A DNA stretch of 61,741 bases, counting the filler, from Basidiobolus ranarum (Eukaryota), in NCBI GenBank assembly GCA_040143965.1. It is 13 parts of 13 records of this genome, joined end to end, with 100 filler letters (N's around TTAATTAATTAA, not from the genome) between each part and the next. Parts side by side here need not be neighbours in the genome. Positions count along the whole stretch, not along the records: positions 47,612 to 52,256 come from JASJQH010001880.1; positions 52,357 to 56,999 come from JASJQH010001881.1; positions 57,100 to 61,741 come from JASJQH010001882.1; 10 more parts are not named here. The stretch is one strand, 5' to 3'. Of the stretch, positions 51,830 through 61,741 are shown one piece after another. The position numbers were made by a program, and so were the translations under genes. How positions within the stretch are numbered: the first letter of the stretch is position 1; every line of letters begins with the position of its first letter. A model generated the notes under the pieces. The model had not been told where the DNA came from. It worked only from the letters and a program-made list of their open reading frames with translations, and did not search any database.

Positions 51830-52525
51830 GACTCCAATCTTGGCCATAGATCCATATCATCTGAAATCCTCAATTGGCTGAAAAGTAGTAGCCAAGATGT
51901 AGGACAGAAAAGGCATGTCAATGGCCTGAGTGTATAGATTTTTTCTGATTGCTGGACATTTATATAAATATCACATAATCCAAGAGGTTTATGTGTAAGA
52001 ATAGGTTACTTCATTCACAAAACTATCTCATTAAAGCTGCAGAGATTTGCCCATATTCTATTGCGTAATTTCATGAAAATGTTCAAAGATTGCCAATTTC
52101 TGGAATTTCAACCTTCCCGCTAAACCAAATGTAAGTCTGTGAGGGTTTTATAGATGGAAAAAAAGCCAGGCAGCAACTCACAAGCTCCGGTTTAATCATA
52201 TCTGTCAAAGAATATGATCTAATGCCCCTAATAAAAATAAAATCAATTTGATCCGGNNNNNNNNNNNNNNNNNNNNNNNNNNNNNNNNNNNNNNNNNNNN
52301 TTAATTAATTAANNNNNNNNNNNNNNNNNNNNNNNNNNNNNNNNNNNNNNNNNNNNATAAAATTCCTATTAGCCCGCCTAACCGGCTTCACTGGATTGGA
52401 ATTCAGGGGTAACGTAGAGCACTAATGAACGTGTGGCTCATAGCTTAAATCTAGTATTTAAGCAATAAGAATCCGTGCATCTATCTAAGTAGCTCTAAAT
52501 CATCCCTCAGTATTTAGTAAACAAT

Positions 52526-53384
52526 ATGCAAGCAGTTAACAACGAATTCTTCAACAAGTTTGCCAAGGAGTACGATCAAGACCCAAACTGTTCACAAGGC
52601 GTCGATATCGGTAAGGCCATTCTTCGTGAACTTGGTTCATTACTAGATAAGTCAAAGACGGTAGCGATGGATTTCGGTTGTGGCACAGGTAGGTGAACTT
52701 TTTTATTTTCATCATCGCTTTATCCAGAATATTCATCTTAAATATTTGCCTTTAGGCTTGGTATCACAACAGATGTACCCGCATGTTCATCAGTTGGTTG
52801 GTGTAGATGCTTCAAAGGGCATGGTGGAGGTATACAACGAAAAGTTTGCCAAGCATGAGATTGACAATGCACATGCAGAGTGCGTGGAGCTTACTGCCGC
52901 CGAAAGTGATGGAAGTAATGGTGAAAAATGGGTGTTCAAAGATCAGTTGGACGGTAAGCGGTTTGATCTGATTTTTACCTCAATGGCGTGGCACCATGTT
53001 GAGAACATCGACATGATGGCTTGGATCTTGAAGAATTATCTAAAGGACGGTGGTAAATTGGTCGTGGCTGATATTAGAAAAAATGGTGAACAAAACACAT
53101 CAAATTCTGATGAGAGCGACAAACACGCACATAAGGCGCATGGTCACCAACATCAACACCACCATCAGCAACATGAGTCTCACGGTGCTTCTCATTTAGA
53201 TGGAAGCCATACAGTGACACACCATGGTGGATTCACCGACCAAGAAATCACTAAGAATTTGCAACAGGCTGGGTTGAAGGATATCGAGACTCGGATGTTG
53301 ATCACTATTACGATGAAAAAAGAAGAGCAATCCAAGGGCGTATCAATGGACATATCAATGGCTATAGGCACACGTCGTGATTAG
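52526..53384 (+). CDS. Class I SAM-dependent methyltransferase with a His-rich insertion; 2 exons (52526-52688, 52756-53384)
   Basis: Motif I MDFGCGTG is rebuilt across a GTAGGT...TAG intron (52689-52755); VGVDAS, FDLIFTSMAWHH and LKDGGKLVVAD follow. Confidence 0.92.
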
Positions 53385-54462
53385 AATTTCTTTATAATAA
53401 AATCAACTAGCTGTACTATTAATTCGATCGTGCCTCATCTTACTAAATATTCTTATGAAAGTTCCACGCGCTTTCTCTGGCGATTGCATCACGCGGCCAT
53501 TACTACATTTGTCGCCTAAACTAACTATTTTGTTCGTCTTGGCCGACCACACAGCTAAGTATGTCCACCTTGCTTCAGTAGAAGTTTGATACGGTATATA
53601 GCACTTACGATATCTAATTGAGCTCTGTTTACTCGCAAATATGTTTGGATGATGTTAAAGTCCTATAAAAAAGTGAGAGAGAGCCGAAAGATTAGTAGCG
53701 ATAGAGATATAGCCTCCTTAAACATTATTAAGTTCAAATTTGCGTAGAGACCTGCATAACAGATTGAAGTAAGACACCGTTATGTAAAATACACCAAGGA
53801 CTTTCCCTTGGACAAGCTACTTCGAATTACAGAATCAGATAGACTTCACTGAAAAGAGAGAAAACAATTTTTCATGCTCTCCAGTTCCTTTAAAGATACT
53901 TTACCTCGTTCTCTGCGACCTCATTTTTCATGACGACCAAATTGAATAGTAAGCTGCCACAGTGTTATGGATCTTCATTGTAATGATGAACTTTTCTCGT
54001 TTATAAGACATGTTAATAGTAATATATTGACCTTCATAAGCAAAAAGACATGTAGGGCCAAGTGCTGAATGCTTTCATATCTCTACTCTCCAGCACAAGT
54101 TCCCATGAATCCTGATCTATCGAGAAAACGGAGAGATGCCACTCATTTACTCCTTCACACCGAACGATGCGTTAGAAACTGGTTGATCCAAATAATTCCA
54201 AACCTGATGAACACAACGCACAGTCAATAGCGTTTTATACTTTGATCCTTGTGAAACAATATTCCCGAGGTAGTATATTCTCTTGGGAATCAGCTCACAT
54301 ATTTCACTTGAAATGGCTCAGATTAAACTATGTGACGCATGGAATTAACTGTGATATTCACTTTTATTTATACAATTAAGGAAATGCAAATAATACTGTT
54401 CTAAAACTCCAAGTGAATGAATCACTTTGGTAAAAGCCAAAGATACTACCTCGTGATTGTGC

Positions 54463-56791
54463 TTAATGTCGACGATTACCACCACCACCTCCTCCGCCGG
54501 ATACTTGTGCATGACGTTGCTTGAAGGATTCAAATTCACTTTCCGAGAGTTGTTGCATCTATGTAGTGGATCGCAGAAATGTTTAATTAGTAGCTTTCAA
54601 AAGATTTATAGAAAATTTTCAACTCACCTTCATCGTAGTTTTGTTGAATCGGTACGGAATGAGCCCAAGCGTTCCATCGAATCTAATTGAAAAATGCATC
54701 TCTAGATGAATATATGAGCATGCTTGTTCATCTTAACAAGAGTACATTACCTGTTCTTTTTGATGTCAAGGAATCGAATCATATCCACCCCAGGCTGCAT
54801 GATGACGACATTATCAGCCTCTTGAGTAACTTTACCTGAGCCGAAAATGGAATTCAACTCCAAAAACTCTCTATCATCTTTTCGAGGATGTACCACTAAG
54901 GTTACATGTATATTGTTCTCAGTGGCAAACTTTCGGAATGTCGATACTGCATTCTCTTGAATCTCCCATTTGTCGAAGCTTCTGCCTTGACCAGAAGTCA
55001 TAAATTGTAAATTGTCGATAACTACGTGCTGCACATCGTACGCAAATACTGCGTGCCTCATTGTTTCTACCACTTCGTGTACTTGAGTACTTCCATGATA
55101 TTTGAGGAAATGCATTGGGAGTTGTTCAAATTGGTTAGCCCAGTCTATAAAATGCTCCGGAGTTTCACTTAGATCTTGATTCGCAAATTGGCAAAGCATT
55201 TTCTTGGCAAGACGTACGTTGGGAATTTCAAAACTACCCCACAAGGTGCTTACTCCGGAGGTACAGAAATCCAATGTAAGCTGACTTAAAAAGGTGGTTT
55301 TACCAATACCCGTGGGCCCTGTAATTACTGTCAATTCACCTGGACGATGTCCTTTGAGGATAGAGTTCAATGAAGGGAAATCTTTGGATTGGACACCACG
55401 AACTTGCGTTGGGTTGGAGATCTCTAGATGTACGGCGTCACGAAGGGTGCTGAAGTCCAGGATTTGTTCATGGCCCAAAGGCTTGGACTTTTTCAGGATA
55501 TCTGAAAGATTCTTGTCCATGATCAATGCTTGACTCGCGTTGATAGGTCCATCCAGTTCGCCACGGTTAAGTGTGTTGACTATTAAGCATCTATCAATTC
55601 CTAGTTTGTCAGCAAATCTACGGGCAATATCTTGGCCTTGAATGTCATCATCAAACCAAAGGTAGATTTTCTGGAATCTATCTAGCATTGGAAGTGTCTC
55701 CAGTGGTAGTTGATAAAGTCCATGTGGTAGTGAAATGGCTGGAATACCAGTAGCTTGATAGGCAGCCATAGCATCGAATTCTCGTCCAGCAAGAATAATC
55801 TTTTCCGATTCAGGGTGAATGGTATGGAATCCAAATAACCCTGGTGCACCGTTTCGGTCTGGGTCAAAGAAACTCGCTTTAGAATCTGGCCAAGAAGTAG
55901 CTTTAACTCTCACTGTACGATAAGTGACTTCCATTTCCCCACTATCGGCAACTTGAACTTGATCATAAGCAGTACGAGGGAAACTTAAACATAATTTTCT
56001 ATTTTCATTAGAATCTAAATCGCTTTCCTGAGCTTGGACGGACTGCTTTCCGACAGGATAATATCCAACTCCAACTCCATAGTACTCTAGAGTTTCGGGT
56101 GAAATCCCCTTTTCATCTATGCACCAACCGAGAATATCTGGAAATTCAGTTATCGGTTGAATTTCAATATACGGTTGTCTTGCTGGAATGTCTTCTCCCT
56201 CTTGTGCAAGTAATTTTCCTTGCTCTGAGTTGGTTTGGGACATCAATTTGAAGTCTTCCCAAGATCCTCTAGATAAACAAGAAGAACATCTGAAATTTCC
56301 GGTATCAGTTTTTAATTGGGCGGTAAAATTGAACTTGTATGGTTTACGTGGGCATTTTGGACATTTTACAGTGACTTCATTGGCAACGTTTGATCGCTTT
56401 GTGTGATTGTAGGTTTTCCACAGGTATTGGCGAATTTCTCTACTTCTATCGACAGTAGCAGCCTTTGCCGTACTAGAGCTCGCATGTTTCTTTGATGCGT
56501 TGCCAGGAGGCATCCCTTTAGTAGCTTTCTCAGATGCTGTAGTGCTACTGTAAAGAGAAACTCTAACACGAGAGCCCAAGGAATTTCTATAAAACCTGGA
56601 ACCAGAGCCCTCTACTTCCCAAAGATCCTTTGTTTATTTGTAGCATAGGTAAGTAAGCTGGATGTACGTATTTCACTGCCTCCAGTCAGATTAGATATTT
56701 TCAACGAATTGGGTTGAAAGTTGCTCACAGAACGAGTCAAGAGTTTCTGGAAATTTGGACTCCGTAAAGCATCTTTACACTGTGTATACAT
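54463..56791 (-). CDS. TWNK: Mitochondrial Twinkle (T7 gp4-like) primase-helicase; predicted exons 56791-56668, 56611-54751, 54682-54628, 54558-54463
   Basis: Zn motifs CPKC...CSSC, TOPRIM-like IYLWFDDD, SF4 motifs GELTVITGPTGIGKTT, IDNLQF, VVHPRK, TQEADNV and KNR/FDG joined across an intron; phase-compatible GT-AG introns. Confidence 0.92.
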
Positions 56792-57099
56792 TTAATGGAG
56801 GGAAAGAAATATTTCAGGGAATTGGACTGGAAATAGGTTGAATCTCGAAAAAATACTAAACAAAAGAATCACTTTACAAAAAGTAAACTTCAATCTTATT
56901 AAAGACTCTATCAATGAACGAAGTGAGTAACACTCAGCAGTCGATATATTATAGGAAAAAAAATTCCTAGATCTATGTTTAGCACTGTTTAAAGTATCCN
57001 NNNNNNNNNNNNNNNNNNNNNNNNNNNNNNNNNNNNNNNNNNNTTAATTAATTAANNNNNNNNNNNNNNNNNNNNNNNNNNNNNNNNNNNNNNNNNNNN

Positions 57100-57797
57100 G
57101 AAGACTTTACGAATCACTTGAAGCATAGGAGTAATACCAGTACCACCAGCAATCATACCAATATGGTTAAGAGTGTTAGGCTTGTAAGTATATTTGGGGA
57201 ATGGTCCCTTTACAGCCAAAGTATCTCCAGGCTTCATGTTATGGATATGTTCAGACATGGGTCCGTTAGGATACTTCTTGATGATCATATCGAAGTGACC
57301 GACGGTATCATCATCGGAGGTAGGAGTGTAAGGACGAATGACAACACCCTTACCATCAGCCTTAGGGATCTTGGTAATGACACAAGAGGCGACGGTCATA
57401 CCCAAAGTCTCTCCTTCAGGAAGTTCGAAACGGAATAATTTGGTATTGTAGTTGATCTCCTCAACTTCGCGAAGTTTGAAGTCGATGAACTGCTTGGGAT
57501 CCAAGGAGGTCTTCTTAGCTTCAGCACTAGCGCTGTCATTTTGGACAGGGGAAGTGTACTGATAGTACATGGCTATTGTTGATTAAGGGATCAGACAAAT
57601 ATCTCTACAGTATCATTCAAAATAAAGTACTTACCACCAGCCACAGTGGCAGGCAATGCGAAAGAAGCGAACTTCATAAGGGAACTTCTACCTGCGGCTG
57701 AACCAGCGTAGGTGGAGAGTGGGCGAGTCATAGAAGGACCCTTAAGGGACATGGAAGCTCTTTGAGCGGCAGCAAACATAGTAGTGTGGAAACGCAT
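57100..57797 (-). CDS. MCR1: NADH-cytochrome b5 reductase, mitochondrial Mcr1-type; partial (3' end lost at the linker); intron starts at 57634
   Basis: RPYTP, GPMS and MIAGGTGITPMLQ FAD/NAD motifs; mitochondrial presequence-like first exon followed by a hydrophobic anchor. Confidence 0.9.
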
Positions 57798-59938
57798 GAT
57801 TTTAATGGAGGCTCGTAAACGCTACTACGGAACACTTCTGGCTTGAGCAACGTTTTATATTTCTACTCAAATCTGAGTGGAATATTTTGGGGCAAAATAC
57901 GATTTGAAGATTGGTATGCATTGTTACTTTAGGCGATGATGGTTTTTTCTAATCCAATCAATTGGATATAATCTCCATTTGCCGAGTTTAGTTTGTCAGC
58001 TCATTGTTGTTTTTTCATGCGAATATTGATGGGCAATACATTCTATATCGAGTGTCTAATACTGTAGTCATATTTCGTAAGATTAAAGGCTAAATAGCAT
58101 CGCTATAATATGACTGATGATAAGTATCTATTTACATTCTGGGCTTATTTATCCAAGGCCATAGCAGAATGCTTCGTGAAATGGATAATTTGTTATTGAA
58201 GTGCCTACGTGATTCAAGTCCGATCTCAAATAGTAATTGCGCCGAACCGTGCTTACTAATTTGCTGAACAGAGGATGACGTAATACCGATAAGACTGGTA
58301 AGAGAGTTCAAGACCACACATTGGCTAAAAGGGACAAGTTGTATCATTTATTCCGGATGTATGAAGTGTCTAAAAACGGTCATTCCAATAACGATCACGA
58401 TGCCACTGTGGAAGTGGAGATAGATAGAGGCATTCAAGTTGATTTAGTTTATGAAGAGGCGTCCGTGGTGTGATATCCTTTACTTGCAGTTTTCTCCATC
58501 CTATATCCTCCTTTACCCACTTGCTCTGTCATTAATCAAGGATAGTTCTGAGTGTTCTCCTGTTCTTTTCTTATTTCAAAACCTCTTGAGTAAGAAAAGT
58601 AGGTAACTTTAGTTTTGTCTTCCAGATTACGCCTCAGAGCTACCGAGCTAGTTAACGCCCGTGCATAAATCCCAACACGATTCAGTTCGCTAACCTGTTA
58701 AAGGTAGTAGCCTCCATTTGATCTTAAGTTGGAGTGCACATTATCATTTGAACCGCCACCTGGATCACACAGCTCAAGATAGCAGCGCCTGATTTTGTAG
58801 CCTCGTCTTCAGCCTCTTTGATTTCAATGTTTTCTCAATAGAATTACTATATGCTGTAACTTCTTGGTATTTTTGACTCATCAGCAGCTCTCATTTTGTA
58901 GCTAAAAAGGAGTGGTTATTGTGGTTTGAAACCGTAGGCTGTAACTACAATTGATGTAGACAGCAATCATCTAACGCATGCTGGCCAATCAGGGGTCCAA
59001 TATTATTCATGGCATTGTATTGTTGTGAATGCCATCTTTTATTTTCATGATCCATATGTGAAATTGCCATTGTTGCCATGAATTTGGAATGCACATTTGA
59101 ACTATGCAACAGAAAATGTTGTGTTTCGTTTGTAGAGTGGTCAGAAATGAATGTTTCAGTGGAATATAATCCATTCCCTTATTTAGAAGCCAAGTAGGTT
59201 ATTAGACCAATCAATCATCGCTTATTCGCTATTTATGGGATGATGTTAGTTTGAGTAATATGAGGCGATTTAGAGCTGGTCTACTCTATCCACTAAAGGC
59301 AGTAAATGATGGTGGAGACTTGATCTTTTAACCATCTATCCTCAACTTGAAAGTGGTCACTATTGGTTTCTTAATTAAGGTTCAAGCGTCCAGCTTCTCA
59401 ATCATGAAGTTCTGCAACTACTTATCGAAATATCGCACAAAAGCTCACAAAAAATCGTATACGCCTTCTGATGTGAAGATCCAAATCCATTGTGCTCCTA
59501 GATCCTAAAGATCACAGGAGTAAATGGTGCGGATCTCCAATTAGACTGAAACCACCGAACAATACTGGAATTCCTCGAAAGTTTGATATTTTTAAACTCT
59601 AAACCAAGTAGACCACTTCAACCTATGACATTTTGTCGGACATGCATAGACATATATAGAGGAGTTAAAAATAGTTTACAGGTTTAATCGCAACAAAATT
59701 CTCCTCCTGTGCATTCTAGCATATAATGTAGAATAAGGCTAAATAGATAAATGTAATTAGTCTCTACTTGCTGCATATACGGTGACTCGGATTTCCTTGA
59801 GTAACATTATGAAAAGTGGATGCCAGAACGGAGTAGGACAAATTTAGGTATATCCAATCAGCGTCGGAGTCATATTGAGTATAAAAGTCCTAGATTGGTC
59901 TGGTAGGAAACAGTACCATTCATCTATCTGCTGTTATA

Positions 59939-60439
59939 ATGAAATTCACTTCCGCCCTTGTTGCTTTAGCCGTCTGCTTGGTTTCCACTCAAAGTGTTAA
60001 CGCTGTATGCACCGCCCAAGCTAATTTCGACCTTTGCATCAAGAATTCCCAAGCTGAATTAGATAAATGCGGTACACAAGATTTTGTCTGCAGATGCCAG
60101 CAACAACAGAACGTGGCTCAATGTTACCAACAGTGCCCTGATGATCCTATTATCCAAGGCCAAGCTGTTGGTGCCAAAGGTCTTGTTACTACTTACTGTG
60201 GCGCTGTCCCATCGGCCAACTCTGTTACCCCCTCTACCCCAGCTGCCTCAGCTGTTCCATCAACTAACCCCTCCGTCCCCTCCGCAGGCAATTCCAATGC
60301 CGTTCCCAGCGCAAGCACTTCATCTGGTGCTAGTGCTGCCCCAGGTTCTACCAACAAGCCTGCCAGTGGTGCTCAATCGATCACTTTTGGAAGCTTCGTT
60401 GCTCTTGCGGGTCTTGGAGCTGCCGCCATGAATATGTAG
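59939..60439 (+). CDS. Secreted GPI-anchored protein with an 8-Cys CFEM-like domain and a Ser/Thr/Pro/Ala stalk
   Basis: Signal peptide, 8 Cys including CxC, low-complexity stalk, hydrophobic C-terminus; TATAAAA at ~59880. Confidence 0.88.
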   Translation: MKFTSALVALAVCLVSTQSVNAVCTAQANFDLCIKNSQAELDKCGTQDFVCRCQQQQNVAQCYQQCPDDPIIQGQAVGAKGLVTTYCGAVPSANSVTPSTPAASAVPSTNPSVPSAGNSNAVPSASTSSGASAAPGSTNKPASGAQSITFGSFVALAGLGAAAMNM

Positions 60440-61631
60440 ACGAGATTTCTGAACCATTTTCGAAATATTCTTTTCCGCAATAGAAATATTTCGTGAGTAC
60501 TCGTATCCTATATCCTTGTAGTAACAATAATTCCGCAGTTGTCTTCATCAATTTACCATATGATTCTATCTGAAGAACTGTTTTTCATTGGAACAAATAA
60601 ATAATAAACTAGTGATCGATAGTAATTCAATCAATTCACTTGGCACTTACCAATAGTTGATCTAGTTCCTACCAATATTTGTGTGACCAATTGTATGAAG
60701 ATGTTGTCGACAAGGAGATAAATGCTAGGCAAAATCAGGATCTTTTTGAAGGCTTTGGGGTGGCAAATTTCTGGTGGCTACATTGGATGTTGGGGCCATT
60801 CATATTAACGAGCAAATTGATGCAAGAGTTGCTGGTCCTAAAAGTAGTAATTCCCCAGACTTATGAAGCAGCTCCAGTATTCTTGTTTCTCACTATTGTA
60901 CCTGGCTGCAGGATGATTAGCGCCAATTGTAGTGTTGTCACCAATGTATTAATTCATGTACTTGTTCGGCAATAACAGGCTTTAATAATCATATGAAACT
61001 AGAGAATGCCATAAGTCCATTTCAAAGGGACAAAATATAAATGTTGCGTTACATTTGTGCTGGTTCTCTTGAAACTTTCAACCGTTGCTTTATTATATTT
61101 TTGCTATTCAATGAATATACAGAAATGCCTGTGAACTCAAAAGGCCAGTAACCCTCAGACGACTTGTGCCAAATGACTATTGAAGTATATCTCTAACATG
61201 CTTTCCCTCTCTTTATATATTGAAGGTAACATTATTTAGCTAAATATCAGTCCAAAATCGCTGTTAATATTTATGATATATGCAAGAGTCACTCCAATAT
61301 TTAACATCATCTAAATTAGCTCCAGGAGGACTTATTTTACATTTTTAAATGGTTTTAATATTCTCTTAGACAAGTATAGAAGCTTTCAACTCAGACTAAA
61401 TGATTAAAATCTCTCAAACTCATAGTACTCTCATTTCTCAAATAGTTTGAATATCCTTGTCAAACATCACAGTTGGTGGCTGAGTATATAGAAGTTCACA
61501 TTTTAGTTGAAGTGTAAAGACCCTCATGCACACAGGTAGGGAAAATGAAGTGTCTTGTATGTAGGTAGCAAAGTAGCAGTGCTGCATCATGTTTGGAAAT
61601 GATATGTAAGAAATGAATGTAATGTATAATC

Positions 61632-61741
61632 TGTTGAAATTAGCATTGCCTAAACACCTATATAGTCATATATAGCTTAGTACTTAGTTATCCTACAATT
61701 CACTAAGATATTATCAATTATCCTCAATTGGAATTTACTTG
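61632..61741 (+). repeat. Start of a copia family 2 LTR
   Basis: TGTTGAAATTAGCATTGCCTAA matches the reverse complement of the LTR end at 42636. Confidence 0.88.

Noticed and set aside
14312-53384. Biosynthetic (RiPP-like) cluster of peptide precursors plus GST, P450 and methyltransferase
   Set aside because: The genes lie on different size-sorted contigs separated by artificial linkers, so there is no evidence of linkage.
53455-53850. Possible small spliced gene between the methyltransferase and Twinkle
   Set aside because: An ATG and splice-like signals exist, but no convincing frame or recognisable protein could be built.
4673-57099. Periodic TTAATTAATTAA motif every ~4.76 kb as a biological repeat
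   Set aside because: It is always embedded in N runs and is a six-frame-stop assembly spacer.
58130-58900. Coding-like, CpG-retaining stretch upstream of MCR1
   Set aside because: Only short frames interrupted by stops and no recognisable motif, so it cannot be called without a search.

Overview
Eukaryotic, AT-rich DNA with short GT-AG introns, from a fungus that is probably early-diverging (it retains Twinkle and carries a Crinkler-like gene). The window is not one locus. It is 13 contigs of about 4.65 kb, sorted by decreasing length and joined by a 100-nt N44-TTAATTAATTAA-N44 linker, so adjacency across linkers means nothing. Recognisable genes are an Nrd1/Mrn1 multi-RRM protein, a tandem array of at least 4 secreted-protein genes ending in a cationic CxxCxCxxC/Arg-rich peptide, a partial GSTFuA-type GST, a cytochrome P450, a P-loop NTPase plus restriction-endonuclease-fold (Crinkler-like) protein, a His-rich SAM methyltransferase, Twinkle, a partial Mcr1-type cytochrome b5 reductase and a CFEM-like GPI protein. 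Roughly half of the sequence is CpG-depleted transposon debris: two Ty1/copia LTR families, Harbinger-like, CACTA-like and a TIR element, plus a CpG-retaining Tc1/mariner. There are also lipase and subtilisin pseudogenes. The most intriguing signals are the cationic Cys-peptide precursor array (14312-18871) and an ~86-nt U1-snRNA-like element that appears to lack stem-loops II and III (30050-30135). All family assignments come from motif recognition by eye, not database searches.
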